64,000 nucleotides of DNA, taken from contig OZ360245.1 in the NCBI GenBank assembly GCA_977017645.1, forward strand, positions 20,088,001 through 20,152,000, in the 5' to 3' direction. Position 1 is the first letter of the stretch. The number at the start of each line of letters is the position of its first letter. The position numbers and the translations under genes were made by a program. A model generated the notes under the pieces. That model ran no database searches and was not told where the DNA came from. It saw nothing but the letters and a program-made list of their open reading frames with translations. This document shows positions 11,351 to 22,989 of this stretch, piece by piece. Origin of the DNA: Torpedo marmorata. Its lineage: Eukaryota.

Positions 11351-12132
11351 AGACCAAGGAGCTGATTGTTGACTTCAAGAAGGTAAAGCCAGAGGTGTAC
11401 GATCCAGTAATCATTGGGGGATCAGAGGTGGAGAGGGTGAGCAAATTTAAGTTCTTGGGAGTCACTATCTCGGTGGATCTTTCCTGGACCCAACACACAA
11501 ATGGCATCGAGAAGAAAGCATGTCAGGAATTTGCGGAGGTTTGGCATGACATCGGAAACCCTGGCAAATTTCTACAGATGTGTGGGGTGGAAAGTGTGCT
11601 GACCGGCTGCATCACAGTCTGATATGGGGTCACTGATGCCCGCAAGTGAAAAACCCTGCAAAAGATAGGGGACACAGCCCAGGACATCATGGGAAAAACC
11701 CTCCCCACCATCGAGGACCTCTACAGGGAATGCTGCTGTCGGAGAGCAGCAGCAATCATTAAGGATCCACACCACCCAGCACACGCTCTGATCTTGCTGC
11801 TGCCATAAGGAAAGAGGTATAGGTGCCACAAGACTCGCACCATCAGGTTCAAGAACAGCTGTATCCCTCCACCATCAGACTCCTCAACAATAAACTCAAT
11901 CAGGGACTCATTTAAGGACTTTCACTTTTGCACTTTATTGATTTTTTTTTTCTCTCTATTGCAGTCAGTTTGTTTACATTTCTTTCTTTGGTTACATTTC
12001 TCTTTTGTGTACATGTCTTGAGTACAGTTTGTTGCACTACCAATAAGTAGAAATTCTGCCTGGCCTGCAGGAAAATGAATCTCAGGGTTGTATGTGATGT
12101 CATGTATGTACTCTGACAATAAATCTGAATCT
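11351..12132 (+). mobile_element. Rex1/Babar-type LINE 3' fragment
   Basis: ORF with VERVSKFKFLGVTIS and ESVLTGCITV; tail GACAATAAATCTGAATCT; similar to 37785-38290 and 50350-50885. Confidence 0.85.
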
Positions 12133-13127
12133 AGAGTCTAGAGTATAAGACATAGGAGCAGATATAGGCTATTCAGCCCATCGAGTCTGTCCCGCCATTT
12201 AATCTTGAGCTGATACATTTTCCCCACTCAACCCACTGCCCGGCCTTCTCCCCATAACCTTTGGTATCATATCCAATTGTAAATGAAAAGCCGAAAACTG
12301 TAGATGCAGGAACTCTGAAAAAGCTGGAAACATTCAGCAGTTCAGGCAGTATCTATCGAAAGAGAAAAGGTTGATGTGAAATTCATTGAAAGCAGCATGC
12401 AATTTTTTTTCAAAATGTATTAATTTTTTGAGACTGGGCATTTTTTCTATAGCCATTTTTATTTTACTTATCCCTAATTGTAAATTGGCACTGTGAGCTG
12501 TGCAGTCTTTCTGAAAAATGAATTGCCAGAATACTGTGGGGTGAAGGAGTTGCAGGATTTAAACTCAGTGATGATATTTCCAAGTCCGAAGGGTGATGCT
12601 CGGAGAGAAAGTTGCAGGTAGCGCTGTTCCAGTATTCCTACTACCCTTCTCCTTCTTGGTGGTAGACAACACAGGTTAAGGAGCTGCTATTGGAGTAGCC
12701 CGACCCGTTTTGTTTTTTTTTTGTAGATGGTAAGCACTACAGCCACTGTGTGCTGGTGATAATGTAGATTTAGGGTGGTTGATGAAGCATTAATCTGCAG
12801 GCTACTTTCTCTGGATGGTGTTCAGTTTCTTGAATAGAAGGTGGATGGCCTTGGGGGTCGAGGTGATTCATTCGCAGCAGGATACCCAGCCCTGACCTGT
12901 AGTTGAGTTGACACTCTCTTATTGGAAATGGCCATCGCCTGGCATTTCCGTGGCATGAATGTTACTTGCCTGCCCATACCCGAATGTTATCTAATTCTTT
13001 CTCCATGCAGACCTGGGCTGCTTCATTTGCTGATGACTTGTACAGTTTCATTTTGTCCTGCAACTATATTTTCCCATTATAATTGATTTACTTTCAGTCT
13101 GAGTGTCTTCCTATATTTGCATGCTTA

Positions 13128-13552
13128 CCTATATACTCATGTAATAGTCGACACCGTGCAAAAATCGACACTCCTATTTTTGGCCCAAAAATCTGATATT
13201 TTCCATATCGCGTGTAAAAGTCGACCCCCACCCCCCCTATTTTTGGCCCTGGCCGCTCGCCCACCGGAGCTCCCGACGCCTCAACCGCAGACTCTTGCCT
13301 TGGCCCAGGCTGCCCGCCCATCTGTGCTCCCGACGCCCTGACTGCGGACTCTCACCTTGGCCCCGGCCGCCCGCCCATCTGAGCTCCCGACGCCCTGACC
13401 ACGGACTTGCTGCCCACCTGCCCATCGGAACTCCCGATGCCTCGAATAAGTACTTACCACAGTCAAAAGTAGTATGTGTATAATAGTCGTCCCCCTAAAT
13501 TTCACCTTAAAAATTGGTCTACAAAATTCGACTATTACACGAGTTTATTTGG
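13128..13552. mobile_element. pogo/Tc2-like MITE with internal ~57-bp GC-rich repeats
   Basis: Imperfect TIRs CCTATATACTCATGTAATAGTCGA and TCGACTATTACACGAGTTTATTTGG with TA flanks; ~3.5 internal copies of a unit with core GCCCATCTGAGCTCCCGACGCC (13250-13440). Confidence 0.8.
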
Positions 13553-13704
13553 TATTTTTACCAAGCTGACCAGCGCAAAAAAAATTCTCTTTTTTCTGCA
13601 GGTTTCCATTGATTTTTATTGTAAAATGAAAATGGCAAAATTATTGCTAACAGCATTGTTTTTTCAAAAGCTCTAATTTCTGAAAACTCTGGGAAGTATT
13701 TCAC

Positions 13705-13990
13705 ACTGGTACAGTAGCAAGCACTACTTTCTCACAGTTCCAAGATCCTGACCTAGGGAGCTGTCTATGTGGAATTTCTACATTCTCCATGCGGCAATAT
13801 ATCTTGTCCTAGAATGCTAGTAGGTTTACCAAGTGTAAAGCACCACTTGGTGCAGTGGCAAAATAAGTCCAAGGGGATTTGATTGGTGTGTGTGTATGAG
13901 AGAATGTACTCCAGAGGTGCAGATAAATAAGGGGAGGGGAGATGGGACAAATGAGATTGCTCCACATGGAAATGGCATGCCAGTGGTCTC
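13705..13990 (+). mobile_element. Degenerate V-SINE-like element
   Basis: GCTGTCTATGTGGAATTTCTACATTCTCC resembles the V-domain of the younger SINE at 16662-16894. Confidence 0.5.
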
Positions 13991-14398
13991 TAAGTATAGG
14001 ATCAAAAAACTGCAAACTATTTTCTTTAAAGTTTGCGAGTTTATAAAATTATATTCAAATTAGATAATTGAAGGGTGGTACATATTATAAATCTTCATTT
14101 TGATTAATCTGTGAAAGGATTGTTGAACTTAGAAACAACAATTTTGTTGATTGGATATGAAAATTTAGCCCCTTCATTTATCAAAATGACAAAATGGTAA
14201 CCAATTTGTTTTCTAATGGGGAAAAAAAATTGATTTGTTGAATCATGATCAATGCTAATTTCTCCAGTTCGCTGAGCCACTGATAAAAGCAGCACTAGGT
14301 TGATCTGCACCAAAAATAATCGTGCATCTTTTCTCTTTCTTGCGCTAGTACATATGCCAACTCATGTTCTATCTTTTGGTTTCTTTTGTACCTTTTAG

Positions 14399-14501
14399 GT
14401 AGTTGTATCACCAAATGAAGCTGCCAGCACTTTGCTAATTGTTGTTGAGCTGGATAATAAATTATTTGGCCTGCCAAGAGAATTGGTGGTAACAGCAGCA
14501 G
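14399..14501 (+). CDS. CPD: Carboxypeptidase D penultimate exon: VVVSPNEAASTLLIVVELDNKLFGLPRELVVTAA
   Basis: Long pyrimidine tract plus AG, GTAAG donor; resembles human DNRIFGLPRELVVTVS. Confidence 0.95.
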
Positions 14502-15369
14502 GTAAGAATTGATGCAATGCCACACTATTATTACGGTAATTGTTAATAGTGATATTTCTATGAACTTAGCTATGGCTGAAATTTGTCATAATGAGCAATT
14601 AATTTGTTAATGAAAGTGAGATGGACTACAGGAATGGGCTGCTAAATCCCTCAGACTTGATCTATCATTCAACAAGGTCATGGCTAATCTTTCTGCTCCA
14701 CGTTCACATCACTAGCTTCCTTCATTCAAGGATATGTGAATCCTAATCTTGACTGAGTTTTTAAACTATACTGAGGTAGTGAATTCAAACCATCTGAGTG
14801 AAGGTCTTTTTCTCCCTTATCCTGAGTCCTGCCCTTTGTTCTGAACTCTTGACCTCTTCAACTTCTACCCTGTTAAGCTCTCTCAGAATCCTGTGTTTTA
14901 ATAAGATCACATTTCATTCTTCTAAACTCCTGCTCAAATTCTTCAAAGGAGAGCCCACTCACCTCTGGGAATCTGGTAAACCTTTGTCGCACCACTCCTT
15001 GAGCATGACTGTTCTAACGTAGGTACAGAAACAATAAAAGTCTGGCTTTGTTTGAACATGGATTACTTGGTTATTTTGTGACTGACTTCTATTGTGCCTT
15101 CCCTTATAATCTGGAAAAGTTAGCAGAACAAATCTTTGCCACTGGAAGACTTCATACTGTCAATGTACAGGTTACACAAACAGTCCAAGAGTGGAATTGA
15201 ATGGAATATTTAGACATTGATGGCAGTATGTTTCTGCACAAGAATTCCTGCTACAAGTTTATCCAGAGCAGAGTTTGTTTGGTGCAAATGAATGTGTATG
15301 CCCAACTCTCACAATTTACTGTGTTACGCTACAAATTAAGTTAAACAAGTAATATTTTTTTTACTTTAG

Positions 15370-15596
15370 GTGCAGCTTTGTCTGCAGTAATTGTGACCAT
15401 CTGCATTGTTTGGTGTGTTTGCTTCTTCAAATCCAATCACCAAAAGGATGGCTTTCATCGCTTGAGGCAGCATCGAGATGAATATGAAGACGAGATCCGA
15501 ATGATGTCAATGGGTTCAAAGAAATCTCTTCTCAGCAACGAGTTTCAAGATGAAACTGACAGCGATGAAGACACGCTGTATGTCAATAAACATTAA
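15370..15596 (+). CDS. CPD: Carboxypeptidase D last coding exon (TM helix and cytosolic tail), stop TAA at 15594-15596
   Basis: (G)AALSAVIVTICIVWCVCFFKSNHQKDGFHRLRQHRDEYEDEIRMMSMGSKKSLLSNEFQDETDSDEDTLYVNKH, close to the human tail (KDGFHRLRQHHDEYEDEIRMMSTGSKKSLL). Confidence 0.97.
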
Positions 15597-16412
15597 TGTA
15601 TCAAGCCAGCCCTGCTGGTGTGATAGTAATATTCATCTTTTTGTCAGTGAAATGAACAAATGATTCATTACCTTAATAGAGGATATGCCTGATCAACTGC
15701 ACACGGCACTGGGTGGAAATCTTGAAGTAATTTCTGTGACATTCTTAGTTGTCCTTTTTGGGAAAAGTAGATGCTACAAGAATGAATAATAACTTGCACC
15801 ACCACTTAAGAATTGCACATATCTTGATATGACTGCTCACTTGCATACAATGGTTGAAGATCAGCCGCACAAAGAATGTTGTTGCACCGTACCTACCATC
15901 TGAGCCTCTGCCTATCATAACAATTTCTAACAAACAGCCAGTAGTTAAAGATGCAGTACATCTTTTTCTTTTATATTAAAAAAAATACAAAAATGCACAA
16001 TCTACTTTATAAACCTCCACCATTCATAATGACCTTTGGGGACCCCACTATATTTTGTACAAACATAGTTTTGAAAATAAAGGGGCAGGGCAAAGTGAAA
16101 TTTTGCACTTCAATGCTGTAAAGATTTGTACAGGTTATACATGCTACTTTTAAACAATGGACATATTTTAAACCTAACGTGTACTGCAGCTTTATGCTAT
16201 GCATGAACATTGTCAATCGTATAAAGGAGGGAGTGTAACTCTGTTTACCTTCTCTTCCAATCAACTTTAACAGATTTTAAGATTTGGACATTTACTTTTT
16301 GCTCCACTCCAATTGTATATACCGTAGTTCATTTGTATTTCACTCCATAAAATGTAATTGCAGTAAATAATATTACAAGTTAGCAACAAACTAACATTGC
16401 TAATATAATTCA

Positions 16413-16603
16413 CATGCAGTTACACAGGAAAGTCTGCAGATGCTGGGATTGTCATGCAATACACAAGTGCTGAAGAAACTCAGCAGGTCATGCAGCATCT
16501 CTAGGAAGTAAAGGGTAAACTTTGACGAAGGGCTGTTGGTTATCCTTTACTTCCGAGAGATGCTGTGTGACCTACTGAGTTTCTCCAGCACTTTTGTGTA
16601 TTG
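16413..16603. mobile_element. Palindromic Penelope terminal-repeat (pLTR) insertion
   Basis: 12-bp TSD TAATATAATTCA (16401-16412 and 16604-16615); inverted arms TGCTGAAGAAACTCAGCAGGTCA and TGACCTACTGAGTTTCTCCAGCA. Confidence 0.8.
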
Positions 16604-16661
16604 TAATATAATTCATAAACTGAATTTTAACTTTTTTTTTTAATTTAAATTTTTTCTTTAA

Positions 16662-16894
16662 TTTAGACATACAGCACTGTAACAGGCCATTTCGGCCCAT
16701 GAGTCCGTGCCGCCCAATTTACACCCCATTAACCTACACTCCCGGTACGTTTTGAACGGTGGGAGGAAACCGGAGCCCCCAGAGAAAACCCACGGAGAAC
16801 GTACAAGCTCCTTACAGACAGCGTGGGATTCGAACCTGGGTCCCGGTTGCTGGCGCTATAAAGGCGTTGCGCTAACCGCCAAGCCAACCATGCG
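16662..16894 (-). mobile_element. tRNA-derived V-SINE (HE1-like)
   Basis: Minus strand: tRNA-like head with B box GGTTCGAATCCC, V-domain core GGGGGCTCCGGTTTCCTCCCAC, CR1-like tail GGGCCGAAATGGCCTGTTACAGTGCTGTATGTCT. Confidence 0.85.
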
Positions 16895-18754
16895 TCAACA
16901 ATCGATGTACTTAAGATATTCTTTACATTTTTAAGACTCCACAATTGTCAGTAAACAGCACTTGAAAGCCAAACAATTTTTGAGTTGCACAGACGAAAGA
17001 GAAAGCAAACCAAATGAACATTTCTGAAAATAGAGTCTTCAATATTGTATTACTTTTACTTGTTCTTGAATTAGTTTCTTGATGCACACTGGATTATTTT
17101 ATAGTTGGAGCACCCTTGATTGCAATTACAACTGTTATTAGAGAAACTGGGCACAATTTTTAAAGGTGCCCTTTTAATATAACATACAATTATGAAGTAT
17201 TGTTACTGAGACAGTTAAATTGCTTGAACTGCATCATGATGGTAAAAATGGTTACAGGATGGTAAAATGAGAACTTGTGGTCCTATTGTATGCTGTTTGA
17301 AGCATATTTTTTCATAATTTTTATAATCTAAGACTTGGGTGTAATTTTTTTCAGTATAATGTAGTGGTTATTGAATTTTGGTGAAGGATTACAGAATAAT
17401 GAATTGTACAGGTGTGGGAGTGTATGTGTGAATGTTTTCATTGTGTGCCACTGAATGTACACCTGATTTGCCTAAATACAGTATTGATCATCAGAAATAC
17501 AGCATTGCCAAAAACACCTGATCCATCATTATATATCAGTCAATTCATAGGAAATGTCTTGCTGTAACTGATTGTTTTCCAGATATGTTTTTGAGGATTA
17601 CTTCAAAATATTGTTGTCATCATTAATTTGTACCTTTTTTGCACAGGACTACTTTAATCAATATTGTGTATTTGATTATATACTGTGATGCCTTAAATTT
17701 TTCCATTGCTTTCACTTTGTGGTAATGTCACTGAGTACCAGTGAAAGGGTGTGGCATCAAAAAAATAAATGCTTTATTGAGCATAATTATGGTGTTTATG
17801 GTGGTATGTACAGCAAAACAGAAGTGGTATTTAGTTAAAATGTTTCACTTGTTGTAATGATGGGTATGTCAAAAGTAACAAGATGGAAACAATGTATATA
17901 AATAAGTAGCAAGACAGATTGGAATAGTTTTGATTTCTTTCCATTGGATTTTGTTTGTATACTTCTGTTGGTCATCATTTGGGAAGTCTATCTCCAAAAT
18001 TGAAATAACAAATAAAATATATTTTGTCTTAACATGCCTTTTCTGACTGATTTAGGAACCTGCAATTAGAGCTAATGCTTTACAATGACTGAATAAATCA
18101 AATTGAATATTTTTCACAGGGGATTTAAAAAGCTTTTAAATATTTAATTTTTAGGGGACCGATTTCTGCAGTTAGATGCATTAATAATGCAATAAAATGT
18201 GTAAATTAGTATGTTAAATTTTGTTTGCATTGTAGTTTTTCAGTATATCATTGATTTGAGAATCACATTTTCAATACTATTCCTTCTGCAAATTTGTAGC
18301 ACCAACCAAGCAATGCAAATCAGAATACACCAGGGTAAAATATCCTTATTGGATGCATAAAAATATTAATATTTTAAATTACAATTACTATTTTGCAAGC
18401 GTTTAATATAAAGAATTAAAACTATAAAAACAAGCAATTGACAAATAAAGCTTGATCGAAACGTATTTTATAGACTGCCTGATGCATTAATGGAAGTTCA
18501 ATTTTTGTTTTTGCATTGAGTGGGAAATAAGCAAAAGATTCCTGCCTCAAGTAAACAACTATTTACTGAAGCCACCCTGATGAAATTGATTTGTATTGTT
18601 ATAGCTAAAACTGAATACTTGGAACATAACTTGAGAGTGTTGGAAGATGAGATGGTGCATATAATTCGCTGTGCTGCCGCTGCATGCTATCCAAGCTTGG
18701 ATTTCATTTCTGCTGTGCAGTACAGTATGAACTTTTAAAGAGGTCCTGTTGTCA

Positions 18755-18910
18755 ATCCATTGCACTGCTGGAGTTGCTTTCTTTTGGATGACGTGTTGAT
18801 TTGAGGTCTTGTCTGGCCTCTGAGGTGAGCAGAATTCCCTTGAAATAAAAAGTACAATGCTTATTCATTATGCAAAAAAAAACACTCACTCAAATTGGGT
18901 GCATTGTCCC
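18755..18910 (+). mobile_element. Degenerate Deu-domain SINE (SacSINE1/AmnSINE-like)
   Basis: TGCACTGCTGGAGTTGCTTTCTTTTGGATGACGTGTTGATTTGAGGTCTTGTCTGGCCTCTGAGGTG resembles the Deu-domain consensus as recalled. Confidence 0.55.
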
Positions 18911-19099
18911 GAAAAACAGGAGCGGAGAATGTTTGTAAGTATTGGGCAAATGAGTGGGAAATGAAATGGGCTCAACATTTTGGTTTGAGGACTTGCCACC
19001 AGAACTGGAAAGGTAAAATGCAAACACATTTTAAGTTGCAGAGGTGGAAATGGAGGGAACACAGGAAATGATTATCCTAAAGTTTAGACTTCAAAACAT

Positions 19100-20600
19100 G
19101 ACCGCCTTGGGATCACTGAGATGATGAAATATTGAGGCTCTGGTTAGGAAAAAGAAGGCAGCATGTGTCAGGTGCAGGAGGCAGGGATCGGATGAATGCC
19201 TTTAGTAGAGTAGATGTAAGATTATACTAGAAGAAAATCAGGTAAAAAAAGGGAGGATGAGAGGGTGTTGGAAGTTGAGAGATTTATAAATATATTTAGG
19301 GCAAAAGGGTTACCAAAGAGTGAATAGGACCCCTTAAGGATCAAAGCAGACATCCACACCTGTGGAGCCACAGGAAATGGATGAAGTTCTAAACAAATAC
19401 TTATCTGAATTTATTGTGGAGAAAGATATGGATAATAGGGAACTTTGAAGTATAAAGTGATGTATCGAAGAGAGTCCACATTACAGTAGAGGATGCCTTG
19501 ATCAACTGGGTCAGTGGGCTGAGGAATGCTATACAAAGTTTAATTTTAATGTGTGAGGTGTTGGTATGTCAGACCGAGGAAGGACAGTCAATAATAGGGC
19601 CCTGGATAGTGTAAAACAGTGAGACCAAGGCTACAGCTACATAATCCTTTTAAAGTGGTGATGCAGGTAGAAAGTGGCAATGAAGGAGTTTGGTACCCTT
19701 TCCTTGAGTTGGATTGCCATGTTACAACTATACAAGACACATTTAGAGTGTTGTGTGCAGTTCTGGTCACTGTCAGCAAAAACAAGTCGTTAAGCTGGAA
19801 ATGATGCACAAAAAGACTACCGAGCATGTTACCGTTGACTTGGGCTTCTTTCCCTGGTGCACAGGAAGTTGAGGAGTAACCTTTAATAGAGATGTAAAAT
19901 CAAAAGAGGCATAGATATTGAATAGGCATCGTCTTTATGCCGGTGCAGGGGAGTCCAAAACTAGAGGGCACAGGTTTAAGGTGAGAGGAGAAAGAGTTAA
20001 AAGGGACTCATGGGGCATTTTTTCCCAATCACGGAAGGTAATGTGTGGAATGAGTTGCTAAAGGAAGTGGTGCAGGTGGGTACATTTACGACATTTAAAA
20101 GGCAGGGGTACGTGGTTTAGAGCAGTTGTTTTCAAACTGCCCCCCTAAACTCACATTTCACCTTAAGCAAGCCCTATGCCATAGGTGCTCTGTGATTAGT
20201 AAGGGATTATTTAAGGTGGTATGTGAGTGGGAAGGAAAGGTTGAGAACCACTGCTCTAGACCCAATTGTTACTGAAATATTTTGCTTGAGAAAAATTGTC
20301 ATTGGCCCATTTCCTTTGGAGTTATGAAACCGTGCACATAACAAGTCAATTAGGTACGATTAAAACAGTGGTTTTCAAACTTTTTCTTTCCACTCACATA
20401 CCACCTTAAATAATCCTTTACTAATCACAGAGCACCTATGGCATAGGGATTACTTAAAGTGGTACGTGAGTTTAGGGGGGCAGTTTGAAAACCACTGGTT
20501 TAGAGGAACATGAACGAAATACAGCAAATGGGACGAGCTCGGGTTGCTTAACTTGGTTGGTATGGATGTTTTGGTGACCCATCGCTCCACGATTCCATGT
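19100..20600 (+). mobile_element. Old CR1 LINE remnant interrupted by a hAT element
   Basis: CR1-like ORF2 and 3' sequence (ACTAGAGGGCACAGGTTTAAGGTGAGAGGAGAAAG); boundaries approximate. Confidence 0.7.
20123..20497. mobile_element. Composite hAT-Charlie-type non-autonomous element: two inverted ~131-bp MITEs around a 112-bp spacer
   Basis: 8-bp TSD GTTTAGAG (20115-20122 and 20498-20505); arms 20123-20253 and 20366-20497 each have their own CAGTGGTT-type termini. Confidence 0.88.
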
Positions 20601-21149
20601 ACAGTATATTGAAGAACGATTGCAACTACTTTTTAAACATAAAATAAAACTGCACGAATTGCATCAAAATGCACTTTAAAACTCAACAAGACCTTTCGAT
20701 AAATAAATGTAAGCCACAAAAAAAACCTTTGTCATGGGAAAGCAATAAAAAATAAAAATTTTTTGACAAAAAATATTGATCCATGCAGTTTACCTTCTGC
20801 AACCCTCAGGAGCGAAGGGGAGGGGTACTCTGAGAATTACCAAATTTGTTCCACTTATTTTTGTAAGCCCTTCCAAAATCCAACCGCCGTCTGTATTATT
20901 ATTGACTCCTCTGCACGTATTATATCTATATAAAAATAACGTGGATGCTGAAATAAGAAAGAGATAATGCTATGTAAGTGATACAGCAAGGGGAGAGTGA
21001 ATTTAACTTCTCAGCCAGATAGCCAGTAAGTTTGCAAAATAGTAAAATATTTTACATCGCTTTCTGTAATGCTGTTGATCTGAACGTCAAAGCATTCAGA
21101 TGTGATTCAGCAGTTGAATATCCCTCTCCAAATCCCAATTCAGAAACCC

Positions 21150-21750
21150 ATTGCACGACGCGCAGGCGCAAACGCTTTTTTCCGAGCGGTCCCTTTAAAA
21201 CCCTGGACTCTGCCATTCTCTTGAAAGGGATCGCAAAGTAAACCGTTTTTTTAGATAAAGAACAGACAAGTCACAGATAGTGTATGAAGACTATATATGA
21301 ATTCATATCCTTTTATTATTGTAATATATTTGTTTATCCAATTTTATTAGTGCGTAAGAATGCTTTTTCTCTTTCACTATTGATGTATTTCTCCCCTGTG
21401 TCAGAGAATCAGCTAATGAGGGTCCAGGCGGGTGACGTTGCAAAGCAAAGATGGCGGCGGGGAGCAGCAACTATTGGGAGGGTGAGTTGAGGGACCGAGG
21501 GAGGGGAAAGGACACACCGATTACCGGAACCAAGATCGCAGCTCGGGCTTCGGGCCGCTGATCCTCCAGTCACCGCCCCCCTCCCTCTCGGCCTTGCGGG
21601 GCAGCCGGGAAAAGCGGACACGTCGCCGGCCTTGGCCGGGGGGCCCGTTCCGGTTCGCGTTGCCTGAACGACGGCCGGCGAGAGCCGGTTCTGGGCTCGG
21701 GGATGGACGGGCGGGCGGTGGTGCTGTTAGACTGCACCTTCCTCGTTCAC
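21150..21750 (+). promoter_or_regulatory. GOSR1: GOSR1 CpG-island promoter / first-exon region
   Basis: Local CpG enrichment; NRF1-like GCGCAGGCGC (~21160), CRE-like TGACGTT (21433), YY1-type AAGATGGCGGC overlapping the ATG at 21451. Confidence 0.7.
21451..21481 (+). CDS. GOSR1: GOSR1 (Golgi SNARE GS28) exon 1 coding part: MAAGSSNYWE(D)
   Basis: Strong Kozak AAGATGG, GTGAG donor at 21482; resembles human MAAGTSSYWED. Confidence 0.95.
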
Positions 21751-22410
21751 TGTCTCCAGCCCCCTCCTTCCCCTCCACCCCGCTCCCCCGACCCCTCCTT
21801 CCCCCCCACCCCGCTCCCTGTCTCCTGTCCCCTCCGTCCCCCCACCCATCCCGCTCCCTGTCTCCTACCCCCTCCGTCCCCCCCCCCGGTCCCTGTCTCC
21901 CGCCCCCTCCGCCCCCGGTCCCTGTCTCCCACCCCCCCGGTCCCTGTCTCCCACCCCCCCGGTCCCTGTCTCCCACCCCCCCCCCCCGGTCCCTGTCTCC
22001 CACCCCCCCCCCCGGTCCCTGTCTCCCACCCCCCCCCCCCCGGTCCCTGTCTCCCACCCCCCCCCGGTCCCTGTCTCCCCCCCCCCCGTCCCTGTCTCCT
22101 CCCCCCCCCGTCCCTGTCTCCCACCCCCCCCCCCCAGGTCCCTGTCTCCCAACTCCCCGGTCCCTGTCTCCCACCCCCCCGGTCCCTGTCTCCCACCCCC
22201 CCCGGTCCCTGTCTCCCACCCCCCCCGGTCCCTGTCTCCCACCCCCCTTCGTTCTCCCACCCCCCTTCGTTCTCCCACCCCCCTTCGTCCTCCCACCCCC
22301 CTTCGTCCTCCCACCCCCCTTCGTCCTCCCACCCCCCTTCGTCCTCCCACCCCCCTTCGTCCTCCCACCCCGCTCACTGTCTCCAGCCCTCTCCGTACTC
22401 CCACCCCCGT
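21750..22410. repeat. C-rich compound minisatellite in GOSR1 intron 1
   Basis: ~17 units GGTCCCTGTCTCCCAC(C)n, then ~7 units of an 18-bp TTCGTCCTCCCACCCCCC repeat. Confidence 0.95.
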
Positions 22411-22989
22411 CAGTTGGGGCTGGAGATGCGCTGCAGCTGTTGCGAGTCAATGCAGGTAACAGCAGGGTCATCAACCCCCGGGTCGCACCAGCCGGTGGAA
22501 ATCAGAAATCCACGGCGTACAAGCCATGAGGTTAACTTTAACCATATTTGAGATTAGAACACATGTTAAGCATATTATTCACCTGACTCCATCCCCTGTA
22601 TTAAGATGCAATTTTCTGAAATTTGTTTTGAGTCTACTTTGAATTTACACCTTCAGTAAGTAGTTCATCCATTCGCGTTCTGTTATTGGTTTTAAAAGAT
22701 CAGTGCAATGTTATCTCTAAGGGTTAGATAAAGAAAGAAAAAAAGGAGACGCAGGAGATTGCAGATGTTGGATAAAAGTACTTCTGGTTACGTTGTGCTG
22801 TATTCACAATTTCAGACTATCTGAGGAGGTGTTGCAAGATTGAAAAATGACAGTTAATTTGTATCTAATAAGATTATGTGAGTAGCAATTTGTTAACGAT
22901 CTGGTAATCTTTGTGTCTTAAATTAGTTGAGGGATCAGTTTTGGTTGCGGACAAGAGCTCCCCTGTACACTTTAGAAATTGTAACATGG

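Larger units (their letters stand above)
15597..18035 (+). other. CPD: Probable CPD 3'UTR; end uncertain
   Basis: AT-rich sequence after the stop; AATAAA at 17764 and 18011 (the latter followed by a U-rich tract), more near 18092 and 18191. Cannot choose among them without transcripts. Confidence 0.5.

Noticed and set aside
12500-13050. Possible very old LINE remnant
   Set aside because: Looks repeat-like but I could not find a motif or second copy to support a family call.
16820-16894. tRNA gene
   Set aside because: The B box belongs to a SINE head that continues into a V-domain and LINE-like tail; no full cloverleaf.
21521-22551. Pro-rich and Gly-rich ORFs of 150-317 aa
   Set aside because: Products of the C-rich VNTR and CpG island; low complexity and open in several frames.
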